A DNA stretch of 64,000 nucleotides, from NCBI RefSeq assembly GCF_004010195.1, contig NC_057749.1, forward strand, positions 8,511,423 to 8,575,422, read 5' to 3'. The notes beneath the pieces were generated by a model. It was not told where the DNA came from and ran no database searches. It saw only the letters and a list, made by a program, of their open reading frames with translations. Numbering within the stretch: position 1 is the first letter of the stretch; each line of letters opens with the position of its first letter. Shown here piece after piece: positions 1-10,985 of this stretch. Both the position numbers and the translations under genes were made by a program. This DNA is from Chiloscyllium plagiosum (Eukaryota).

Positions 1-2564
1 GTTCAATGACTCATACAGACATGATCGTCTCCCACCATCTCTGAGAGAGGCCAATATTTCGCTTATTCTTAAAAAAGGGAAGGTTCCGGAGGACTGTGAT
101 TCGTACAGGCCCATTTCACTCTTAAATGGGGATTTTAAAATCCTCTCTAAGACTATCGCGTTAAGGCTGGAGACTGTGTTACCTTCTATTGTTAAAGAGG
201 ACCAGACAGGCTTCATAAGGGGCCGCAGATCCTCCAACAATGTTAGGAGGCTGCTTAATGTAATTCAAGCGTGTCAACAACAGTTAGTACAGGGATCGGT
301 GATTTCTCTAGATGCAGAGAAGGCATTTGACCGAGTTTAGCGGCCATACCTTTTTTCTTCCTCTGGAGCATTTTGGCTTGGGCAAAGCCTTTATAAGATG
401 GATAAATGTTCTCTACAGTGACCCTCTCACTGCGGCCATCAACAATGGGGTACGATCAAGTAATTTTAACATTTTTAGGGGCAGCCACTGCTTTTTACGT
501 TAAGTGATTGAACCATTGGCAAAGGCCATTCATAGGGATCCTAATATATCGGCTCCAGAGGCGGGGTCAAAATTTACATAAGGTTTTGTTGTACGTGGAT
601 GATGTCCTCATTTTTTTTTGTCAACTCCAGCAGTTTCAGTGCCTCACCTGATACACTCCTTTGGCACCTTGTTGGGGTACAAGATTAATTTTGCAAAATC
701 AGAGTTTATGCCTATGGGTAGTTTTACGAAGATGATAGGTCTTGAGGGCAAATATTGATTCCCATTTAAGTGGTCACGGAGTTGGGGATTAGGTTTTATA
801 TATTTGGGCATATTCATCACCCCAGTTCTTGATCGGTTGTTCAAAGCTAATGTTGTTCAATTGGTCGACAAAATCAAACAAGACCATCAAAGAGGGAGCT
901 GCTTCATAGTTAGATCAGATAGCGTTTGTGAAGATGAGTATTCTCCCCCGTTTGTTGTACCCCTGTACGGATGATCCCCCTGATTTTCGATAAGCAAACG
1001 TTCAGGAGGCGGAATGGCTGGTTCAGCTCTTTTATTTGGCATCGCAAGCGGCCCCTTATTAAATTAGCAAAACTGCAATTGCCTCACAGACTGGGGGGAG
1101 TGGATCTGCTGGGCATTCAAAACTATCAACTAAGCTCGCTTTTATCTTACATGAGTGATTGGGCTTGTGAGGACCCTCTTTCAATATGGTTAGATATCGA
1201 AACCTCTCAGGCTGGGTGCCCCCTTACTGGCTTGCTGTTTTTTGACAAAATGAGGACAGTTAGGGAATATTGCCATTAGCCAATAGTTATCAATACTGTT
1301 AAAGCATAGAGGGCAATTCGACAGAGGGAAGGCAATATTGGCAAAACATCTTCTCTTATACCTATTGTGGGTATGCTGGGTTTTCAACCGGGGATGATAG
1401 GTTGAGGGAGAAATGATGAAGTCCTTTGATCAGTTAGCACAGAAATACAAGTTATCTAACAGGGACCTCTTTCGTTTTTTTTTCAAGTTAGGGATTTTAT
1501 TTAAAAAAACACTACACTTCTGACTGACCCCTCCAAATCCAACATAGAGAGAAGGCTGCTCAGTGCTAAGGGTACTCTTTCTGTCAGCACTTTAAAACAT
1601 CAATATGGGGGGGGAGCAGGGGCAGCCCCTCAGATGAATTTGATTGACTCTGCAGGGTGTGCGAGAGAGAGCTAGGCATTGAAGTGTCCTCAGCATGGAA
1701 AGATATTTGGGAAAACACAACAAAGATATCAATTTGCAATAGGACCCATGCATTATAGTTGATGATTCTTCACAGGGTTCACTTGGCTCCAGATCGTTTG
1801 TCATAATTTAAACCAGGGGTATCTTCAACATGTCCCAAGTTGGTACGGGCACTCTTACCCATTGTCTCTGGTCCTGTGGTAGGCTTCAAACATACTGGAG
1901 TGCTGTGGCGGGTACAATGGAGAGGACTTTGAGTGTAAGGGTGGAGAAGGACCCAATGTCTCTCTTTCTTGGCCTGCCCAGTATGTTCCCTGTAGGTGTG
2001 CATAAGAAAAAACTTTTCAACATCCTCATTTTCTGCGCAAGAAAGAATATCTTGTTAGGTTGGGTATCCGAAATCCCCCGGGCCTGTCAGGTTGGCGGAA
2101 GATTGTTATGGAACATATCCCTTTGGGTTTTTTCACAAGTATGGTACACCACAAGACTGAAAATTTCGGTAAGACATGGCGGCCCTTTTTGGAATACCTG
2201 GACACAGATTTGTCTGCCACACTAACAAGGTCTTTTATAAACCATAACGATAGTGCTTTACAAGTCCAATATCCAGAGTGGGGGAACTGTGAGCGTATGA
2301 TTATGTGAAAACTAATGCTCTCGATTGTTTTGTTTGGCTGAGCTGAGTTATTATTTATTAGTTGTTGTTGGTTATTATTTATTAAGTAGTTAGTTGGATT
2401 TTTAAACATTTTTCTAAACATATTTATACATTTGTACATGAGGGCAGTTTGGGTTGTTTACATTTTTTTTGGTGTTCTTTCTTTGTATTGTTTTTATTTG
2501 TATTGTTTTGTATTTGTTGTAATATTAAAAATCTATTTTGCAATAAAAATGTATGTTGAAAAAA
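1..2564 (+). mobile_element. L1-clade LINE, 3' part of ORF2 (RT and C-terminal domain) plus 3' UTR; decayed, cut by the window edge
   Basis: Fragmented frames read YRPISLLN.D.KI, DQTGFI.GR, SLDAEKAFDR, LLYVDDVL, GYKINFAKS, YLGI, KMSILPRLLY and a C-terminal GTLTHCLWSC. T-rich 3' UTR, AATAAA at 2542-2547, A-run at 2559-2564. Many stops and frameshifts; the QGCPLSP motif is deleted near 480. Confidence 0.9.
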
Positions 2565-2861
2565 TAGAGCATTGGCGAATTTCTGCAGTGCATCTATGAC
2601 TGGGCATCAGTGGTGGAGGGAGTGGATGCTTGTGTATGTGATGCCAGAGACAGGGTCTCCACACACAGTGCGATTTGCCCTAGATTGGGAGGAGGAGGGA
2701 GTCTCCACTTGACTACTGTACAAATTAAAAAACTTATCTCCCTCGATAATAATGACCACATCGACTGATCTCTGCAATTCTATAAACAACTTCCTCGGAG
2801 TGAAATAAAAAACACTCCTAATTTCAATCCTATATGGGAAACCTTAATTTCTAATTGTTCT

Positions 2862-2992
2862 ACATCAGGTGGTTGAAGGAGCAGGGCTCCGAAAGCTAGT
2901 GCTTCCAAATAAACTTGTTGGACTATACCCTGCTGTTGTGTGATTTTTAACTTTGTACACCCCAGTCCAACAGTGGCATCTCCAAATCATGA
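2862..2992 (+). mobile_element. Short Penelope-derived element (family B tail), 5'-truncated hammerhead motif
   Basis: GAAGGAGCAGGGCTCCGAAAGCTAGTG...GTTGGACTATA...GGCATCTCCAAATCA; the same tail recurs at 29805, 42373, 43730 and 49674. Confidence 0.7.
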
Positions 2993-4080
2993 CCACCCTG
3001 TTAGTGGTAGCAATAGCTCAACGTGTGCAGTCCCAGTTACACATAGTTTTACACTGACAGCTGCTTGCAGTTTGGAGTGTACATTTATTTAGGTGTATTA
3101 AGGTGAGCAGTCAAGGCATATTAGATAGTCTCTTTGTGCTCGATGTTCTATCTTGCCCTGCAGGAAATGTGCACCCTTACAGAGCCTTTAATTATTAACA
3201 GCACAGTAGGACAATAGCCTCCTTCAATTATATTTATTCAGTCGGCCTGCAGGAATGCTTTCAGTCACTTCAGTAAAGGGTGCTTTTCTTTGCCTTCTTT
3301 GGAAATCCATGTAAATTATTATTGAGGTGCAGCCCTCAGGAAATCGGAAGACCATACTCCAAACAGTTGAAAGGTTAATATTAAAATTTCATGGCTCTCC
3401 AACGGTTAGAAGTTCTGCATCAATAGCACTGGCATCGATCATATTTCCTGGGCAAACAGCAATCTTCTTTTCCAATTGTGACCAACTCTTCTGTTGCCTC
3501 TGTCTCACTATGTTTTAAAGTTAATCGTTAAGTTTCTTTTGTGGTAGCTTCATTAAAGCTGAGAAACATGTTGAAGACGTATAACAGAAGGGGGTTCTTT
3601 ACCCCTCTACCACAAGGCAAGCAGAATTAATTTCCTCCTCAGGTGTCAATCCTCCCAGAGAGTAATGAATGAATGAATGATTTATTGTCACATGTATTTT
3701 ACAGTGACATACAATAAAATACAATCAAAAACTTTCACTCGTTACCATAACCCAGCACCATTTTGATAGTTTAACATGTGAAAATGAAAAAGAAAGTCCA
3801 TCTCCAAACTAAGTTTTGAGATGGTTCAGAACTACCACCACTTCGCCAGGCCCAACTAACGTCAAAATTGCGGATCCTCAGGCACTCACACCAACATCAG
3901 AGACCATCGCCATGGTCAGTGTTGCCATGGTGCCCCTCCTGCCATCACTCTACTGCTCCCAGTGCCAGACCCAACCAACAACAAAGTCACTCAATTCTCA
4001 GGCACCATCTTTCACTGCTGGGCCTACCTTGCTGACATACCTCAGGGCCCACTCTCTTCCCCCTGCAATGGGCTCACTCA

Positions 4081-6332
4081 TAGAACATAGATCATTACAG
4101 CGCAGTGCAGGTCCTTTGACCCTCAATGTTGCGCCAATGTTATGAAACCAATCTGAAGCCCATCTAACCTACACTAATCCATTATTATCCATTTATTTAT
4201 CTAATGACCATTTAAATACCCTTAAAGTTGGCAAGGAGGAGAAAGTGAGGTCTGCAGACGCTGGAGATCAGAGCTGAAAATGTGTTGCTGGAAAAGCGCA
4301 GCAGGTCAGGCAGCATCCAGGGAACAGCAGAATCGACGTTTCGGGCATAAGCCCTTCTTCAGGAATGTTGGCAAGTCTACTACTGTTGCAGGCAGGGCAT
4401 TCCATGCCCTTACTAATCTCTGAGTAAAGAATCTACCTCTGACATCTGTCCTATATCTATCACCCTTCAGGTTAAAGATATGTCTCCTCATGCGAGCCAT
4501 CATCATCTGAGGAAAAAGGCTCTCACTGTCCACTCTATCTAATTCTCTGATCATCTTGTATGTCTCCATTAAGTCACCTCTTAGCCTTCTTCTCTCCAAA
4601 GAAAACAGCCTCAAGTCCCTCACCCTTTCCTCATAAAACCTTCCCTCCATACCAGGCAACATCATAGTAAGTCTCCTCTGCACCCTTTCCAAAACTTCCA
4701 CGTCCTTCCTATAATGCGGTGACCAGAACTGTACGCGATACTCCAAGTGCGGCCACACCAAAGTTTTGTATAGCTGCAGCATAATCTCATGGCTCTAAAA
4801 CTCAATCCCTTTACCAATAAAAGCTAGCACACTGTACACCTTCTTAACAACCCTATCAACCTGGGTGAAAACTTTCAGGGATCTATGCACATGGACACCT
4901 AGATCTCTTTGCTCATCTACACTGCCAAGAATCTTACCATTAGCCCAGAATTCTGTATTGCTGTTACTCCTTCCAAAGTGAATCACCTCACACTTTTCCA
5001 TATTAAACTCCATTTGCCACATCTCAGCCCAGCTCTGCAGGTTATCTATGTCCCTCTGTAACCTGCAACATCCTTCCAAATTATCTACAACTCCACTGAC
5101 TTTAGTATCATCCTTAAATTTACTAATTCATCCTTCTAAGCCATCATCCAGGTGACTTATAAAAAATGACAAATAGTAGTGGGCCCAAAACAGATCTCTG
5201 CGTACACCACTAGTAACTGAAGTCCAGGATGAACATTTCCCATCAACCACCACCTTCTGTCTTCTTTCAGCTAGCCAACTTCTGATTGAAACTACTAAGT
5301 TACCCTCAATCTCATGCCTCCGTGTTTTCTGCAATAGCCTACCATGGAGAACCTTATCACTTTACTGAAATCCATATACACCACATCAACCGCTTTACCC
5401 TCATCCACCTGTTGGTCAACTTCTCAAAGAACCCAAAAAGGTTTGTGAGGCACGACCTACCCTTCACAAAACCGTGTTGACTATCCCTAATCAAATTATT
5501 CCTTTCTAGATGGTTATAAATCCTATCTCTTAGAATCCTTTCCAACACTTTACCTACACCCGAAGTAAGGCTCACTAGTCTATAATTATTAGGGTTGTCT
5601 CTACTTCTCGAACAAGGAGACAACACTTGCTGCCCTCCAGTCTTCTGGTACTATTCTTGTAGACAATGACGATATAACAATTAAAGCCAAATGCTTTGCG
5701 ATTTCCTTCCTAGGTTCCCAGAGAATCCGAGGATAAATCCCATCTGGCCCAGGGGACTTATCTATTTTCACACTTTTCAGAACTGCTAACACCACCTCCT
5801 TGTGAACGACAACCCTATATAGTCTAATAGCCTGTATCTCAGTATTCTCCTCAACAACATTGTCTCTTTTCTGTGTGAAAACTGACAAAAAATATTAATT
5901 TAGTGCCTCTCCTATCTCCTTGGACTCCACGCACAACTTCCCACTACTGTCCTTGACAGGCCCTAATCTTACTCTAGTCATTCTTTTATTCCTGGCATAC
6001 CTATAGAAAGCTTTAGGGCTTTCCTTGATCCTATCTGACAAAGACTTCTCATGTCCCCACCTGGCTCTTCTTAGCTCTCTCTTTAGGTCCTTCCTGGCTA
6101 ACTTGTAATTCTCAACTGCCCGAACTGAGCCTTCACATCTCATTTTTACATAAGTCTCCGTCTTCCTCTTGACAAGAGATTCAACTTCCTTAGTAAATCA
6201 CAGTTCCCTCACTCGACCACTTCCTCCCTGCCTGACAGGTATATACTTATCAAGGACACGCAATAGCTGTTCCTTGAGCATGCTCCACATTTCAATTGTG
6301 CCCATCCCCTGCAGTTTCCTTTCCCATCCTAA
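4081..6332 (-). mobile_element. CR1-clade LINE (HER1-like), 5'-truncated ORF2 with RT
   Basis: ORF fragments KSPGPDGIYPRIL, NYRLVSLTS, SQHGFVKGRSCLTNL, WQMEFN.EKCEVIHFG, LYKTLV.PHLEY.VQFWSP, RRLRGDL; tandem-repeat 3' tail near 4081. Confidence 0.92.
4236..4366 (-). mobile_element. Short Penelope-derived element (family A) with hammerhead motif, nested in the CR1
   Basis: 9-bp TSD GTTGGCAAG at 4227-4235 and 4367-4375; minus strand reads ATTC CTGAAGA A GGGC TTAT GCCC GAAA CGTC GAT (4366-4332). Confidence 0.85.
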
Positions 6333-6632
6333 TCTGACTCCCCACACACTGGGCTCACTCTCCCCCTCCCCCTGCACAATGGAAATCCTGGAAGTCCCTC
6401 CCAGAGTTCCCATCTGTTAGGAGTGGTTTCAATCTCAGTCAGTTGAACATCCTGGATGTCCTCCATCACTTCAAGGCTCTGTCTCCTTATCCCACAATCT
6501 GTACTCCCACTATGGAGATCTTATGGTACAAGGAGTAGTGGTCCTGTCTCAGAGCCAGGTGCTCCAGGTTTAAGTCCCACTCCAAGACAAATACACAGCA
6601 ATGGGAGGTATTTGATATTGGTGGAGTGGTGA

Positions 6633-6651
6633 TGTGTGTGTGTGTGTGTGT
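6633..6651. repeat. (TG)n microsatellite
   Basis: about 9 TG units. Confidence 0.9.
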
Positions 6652-7549
6652 CTGTCAGTTAAGCTGCTCATTGCTTCTCCCTGCCTTGGGAACTGAACCG
6701 ATCTCACTCTAATGCCTCACTCGGAGGAGGGAGAAAGGGTCGGTAGCTGAGGTCTTGTTGACTGCTGGCCCCAGCTCTGTCAACCATGTGTATAAGATAA
6801 ATTATCACCTCCAGAACAAAAAAGAACCTATTTCCAAAAGGACTGTAGAACTGACAAATCCATAATACAACCCTGGCATGTATATCGACGAGCTGGACAG
6901 TTCACTCGCTGGTTACAATTAAGAAAAACTAAGATTTAAATTTCTCCAGGGTCCTACAAATCTTCAGGACACATTAGTGTATTTGTAGCCAATTACTTTG
7001 GATAGCACCTAATTAGGCACAGCAAGCTCCCAAAACAGCACTGTGAAAATTAACAGGTAATCTATATCAGTATTGTTGTTTCGGGATAAATATTTGACCA
7101 GAAACCAGGGAAAACTGCAAAGCTTGTAGTTGAACTCTTAACAGCATAAAATAGGAATTGGAGTAAGCCATATTGTTCCATATTCTAATCCTGAATTAGA
7201 ATAATCGATTGCTTTTTCTAACCGGTGCAGACCTGATGGGCCTTTTTTGAACAGTAGACCTTTTTGACCCTTGGAGCCTGGTTCACAATTTAATGAGAAT
7301 GGGGCTGAACTTCTACATAAACTGCACATTCCCCTCACATCCTCTCCTTATTCCTTCTCTTGTCCAACAATCTACCGACACTTTGGCAAAATGCAACACC
7401 ATCCCTTCCTGCTAAGCTTAGTGACAGAGAGGGCATTTATTTGGGGTGGGCACCCCAGCACTTTACCACCTCTGGGAAATATAAATACAGGGCAGGAAGG
7501 TTTGTGGGCAACACAGTTAATGCCCCTTTAGGAACTGCATTGTAACGCC

Positions 7550-7850
7550 ACTTGTTCAAAACTAGAGGGCATAATTTTAAGGTGAGAGGAGAAAAATCTA
7601 GAAGGGACTTGAGGTGCAGCTTTTTCACTGAAGAGGGTGGTGGGTACATGGAATGAATATCCAGAGGAAGTGGTAGAGGTGGGCACACTTATAACATATA
7701 AAATATGTTTGGACAGGTACACGAATAGGCAAGTTAGAGAGGGATATGGGCCAGACATAGGCAAATGGGACTAGTTTGGTTTGGTAAATCTGGTTGATAT
7801 GGACTAGTTAGATCGAAGTGTTTGTTTCTATGCTGCATGATTCTATAATA
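7550..7850 (+). mobile_element. CR1 3' fragment
   Basis: AAACTAGAGGGCATAATTTTAAGGTGAGAGG...CAGAGGAAGTGGTAGAGG tail shared with other CR1 copies. Confidence 0.75.
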
Positions 7851-8289
7851 GCTAGTGACCCCTGCACTGCCCTTCCTTTCCTGTTAGTCCTGGAATCCTA
7901 GGCCTCTCTGATGCAGTGCAGGGAGTATGCTTTCTCAACCCAGACAAGCCAGCCTCTCGCTGTGGACAGACACTCAGCTTGTCGTGTCCTTGGTTTCAGG
8001 TAATGTCTGCCGCTGGCTGTTTAGATACTAGCGTGGTTCTTAAAATGATGAGGCTTTGTATTAAAAGAAGTTGCATGCACCCCTCATCAGCTCAACATCG
8101 AACCTTGGTACCCCCCAGCACTTCCATTCGCCACCTCAGTGTTCTATTTGAATCCTCAGTGAAACTCTGATCCCATATCTTCCTCTGCCAAGTCCATCTA
8201 CGCCCATCTCCCTTACAAGCCAATCTACACTCCTGCTGCAGCCCATTTATGTTTGTTATCAACACCAAAAATGGAGAATGTGGATAGAT

Positions 8290-8444
8290 CAGGAGACAGT
8301 AAGGACTGCACATGCTGGAAGCCAGAGTCAATAGATGTGAAGCTGGAAAAGCACAGCAAGTCAGACAGCATCCAAGGAACAGGAAGGTCAATTTTACGGG
8401 CCAAAACTTTGACTTTCCTACTCCTCAGATGCTGTCTGACCTAC
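8290..8444. mobile_element. Fold-back Penelope-derived short element (family A)
   Basis: Inverted arms; direct repeat TGTGGATAGAT at 8279-8289 and 8445-8455. Confidence 0.7.
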
Positions 8445-9561
8445 TGTGGATAGATTAGGGCTGTTCTTGGCAAGGGAATGCCTCAAGGAGGAGATTTTCA
8501 AAATTATGAGGTGGGAGAAGATGTCTGGACAAAGTTGATTCTCAATGGTAAGAGGATCTGAGGTCAACGATTTAAGGCAATTATGGTGAACTCTGTGATG
8601 CCTTCCTATGTGAGGAACAATATGATTGCATGTTCCTCTTGACCAGCTCTTGGGGCAAATGGAAGAGTGGGCCAGCTCTGCAGTTTGGTCTAGGAGCTAA
8701 GAAAGAAAATACGCTTCTGATGGCGTTAAAAAACCGGTGTCCTCCTCCTGAATTAGTTAGTCCAGCACAACTACTGAAACCCAATGGACTGACATCTCTA
8801 CAATTTGGAAATCCCAATTTCCGAAAAACTGTTTGATTGGATTTTTATTTTGCTAAACACCTCACAGCACTGTCACTAAGTAATGAATATGATGACCATT
8901 AGAATTATTGTCATATTCTTGGTTTGACTGAAGAAAAGAGTAACAGTAATAGAGAAATCGCCTGTTTACATAGGATTGGAAATTAAAATTCAAAATGTAT
9001 CGCACTCATTGCCAGTGCCAATCTTTCTGAATAAAGAAATTTCAACTTCATTTTACGGTTAGTAAGCGATTATTCAAACCAATCCTGACTTTAGTGACAA
9101 TGCTAACTCTGGGTGACTGATCCCTTGGCATCCCTTTTAGCACAGTGTACTACTTTGGGAATATTGAAGATGCAGCATGTGGAATGAATAAAACAATTTC
9201 ATTTGTGCATTGTAATGGTTAATCAACATTTAATGTTGTGGAGACATTTATTGCTGGCTCTCACACATACTTTACATTTGAACATTATTCTGAAATTCAT
9301 AAAATTACAAATTTATTTCCAGAAATATATTTTTTGCTTTTATTCATTCTTGTTATGTCATGTCAGCATCGCTGGCAAAGTCTATATCCATTGCCCAGCC
9401 CTACGTACGCTTGACCCGAGTGCCTTACATTTCAGAGGGTAGTAATCAGAGTGCTAGGGTCTGGGTCATATGTAGGCCAGATCAGCAGATTTCCATCCTT
9501 AAAGGGCATTAATGAATCAGATGTGTTTTTATGACAATATAACAGCTTCATGGTCACCAAT

Positions 9562-9895
9562 GGGGGTGTAAAGGCCTAGTGACATTATCACCAGACTGTT
9601 AATCCAGAGACCCAAGTAATTTTGTGGGGACCTGGGTTTGAATCCAGCCACGGCAGATAGTGGAATCTGAATTCAATCTGAAATTAGAAGTCTAATGATG
9701 ATCATGAAACCATTAGCAATTTTTTGGAAAAAAAACATCTGGTTCACTAATGCCCTTCAGGGAAGGAAACTGCCATCTTTAACATGTGATTCCAGACACA
9801 CAGCAATATGGCTGATTCTTAATTGGGCAATTAGGGATGAGCAATGAATACTGAGTCAGTCAGCAAGACCCTCATCCTGTGAATGAATTTTAAAA
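9562..9895 (+). mobile_element. SacSINE1-like Deu-SINE
   Basis: tRNA-like head (GGGTTTGAATCC B-box), Deu-domain-like CCTTCAGGGAAGGAAACTGCCATC...TCCAGACACACAGCAATATGG, tail GGGCAATTAGGGATG.GCAAT. Confidence 0.7.
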
Positions 9896-10284
9896 AATTA
9901 CTGAGATGAGCTTTAAATTCCAGGTTGATTGAATTGAAATTCTGCCTGATATTGTTGTGGGATTTGACACAATGTCCTTCTAGAATCTAAACTATTGGTT
10001 TGATGATATTATGTCCACTGCAGGATATCAACTTAGTCACACGCATTTGGTATTGGTGAGTTACAGTGTAATTCAGATACATTTGTTGACCTGTGAAGAA
10101 CAGGGAGTAGAATGCTCATTTTAAAATCGCGTTATCAAAGAAACCATTGTCCTTGAGAAGCAACAAGGCTAATTGACCAGCACTCCATTTTTCACACAGC
10201 GAAAGGCAAAGTCACCACAATCCCACTCTGTCATTTGAGGTTTTATAAGGTGAGGGTTGTCATACCTCAGGTGAGGCAAGGGGT

Positions 10285-10985
10285 GAGACCAAAAGATATA
10301 GGAGCAAAATTAGGCTATTCAGCCCATCAGGCCATTCAATCATGGCCGATACATTTCTGTACTCCATTCTCCTGTCTTCTCCCCATAACCCTTGATCTCC
10401 ATACTAATTATGAATCTATCTCCCTCTCTTAAATACACTCAGTGACGTGCCTTCAGCAGCAACAAATTGCACACATTCACCATCTTCTGGCTGAAGAAAT
10501 TCCTTCTCATTTTAAATCTAAAGGGTCTTCCCTTTACTGAGGCTGTGCCCTCGGCTCCTGGTCTCTCCAACTAGTGGAAACATCTTCTCAATGTCCATTC
10601 TGTCCATTCCCCCCTTGTCCTTCCACACTGAGTACAGACTCAGAGTCCTCAACTGTTCCTCATATGACAAGCCCTTCATCCCCAGGATCTCGTTATATAC
10701 CTCCTCTGGAACCCCTCTAATGCCAACACAGCCTCCCTTAGATACAGGCCCAGAACTGCTCAATATTCCAAATGTGGTCTAACCAGAGCCTTATATAGTG
10801 TCAGCAGTACATCCCTGTTTTTGTATTCAAAATAAATGCTGACATTGCATTTGCCTTCCTAATGTGTCAACTGAATATACATGTTAATTTCAACAGAATT
10901 CTAAACTCGGTCTCCAAAGTCCCTTTGTGCTTCAGATTTCCAAAGCCTTTCTCTATTTTGAAAATAGTCTGCATACCCTCACCCT
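10285..10985 (-). mobile_element. CR1 3' fragment
   Basis: GMKGLSYEEQLRTLSLYS...ETRSRGHSL frames. Confidence 0.75.

Noticed and set aside
3230..3570. Possible exon of a neighbouring gene such as FAM219B, which is syntenic in mammals
   Set aside because: Frames contain stops. I found no FAM219B-, RPP25-, MPI- or SCAMP-like peptide in the ORF track or in the segments I translated by hand.
3816..4145. 109-aa Thr/Pro-rich ORF, and similar ORFs at 50363-50580
   Set aside because: Low-complexity C-rich sequence following a LINE-like tail; no coding signature.
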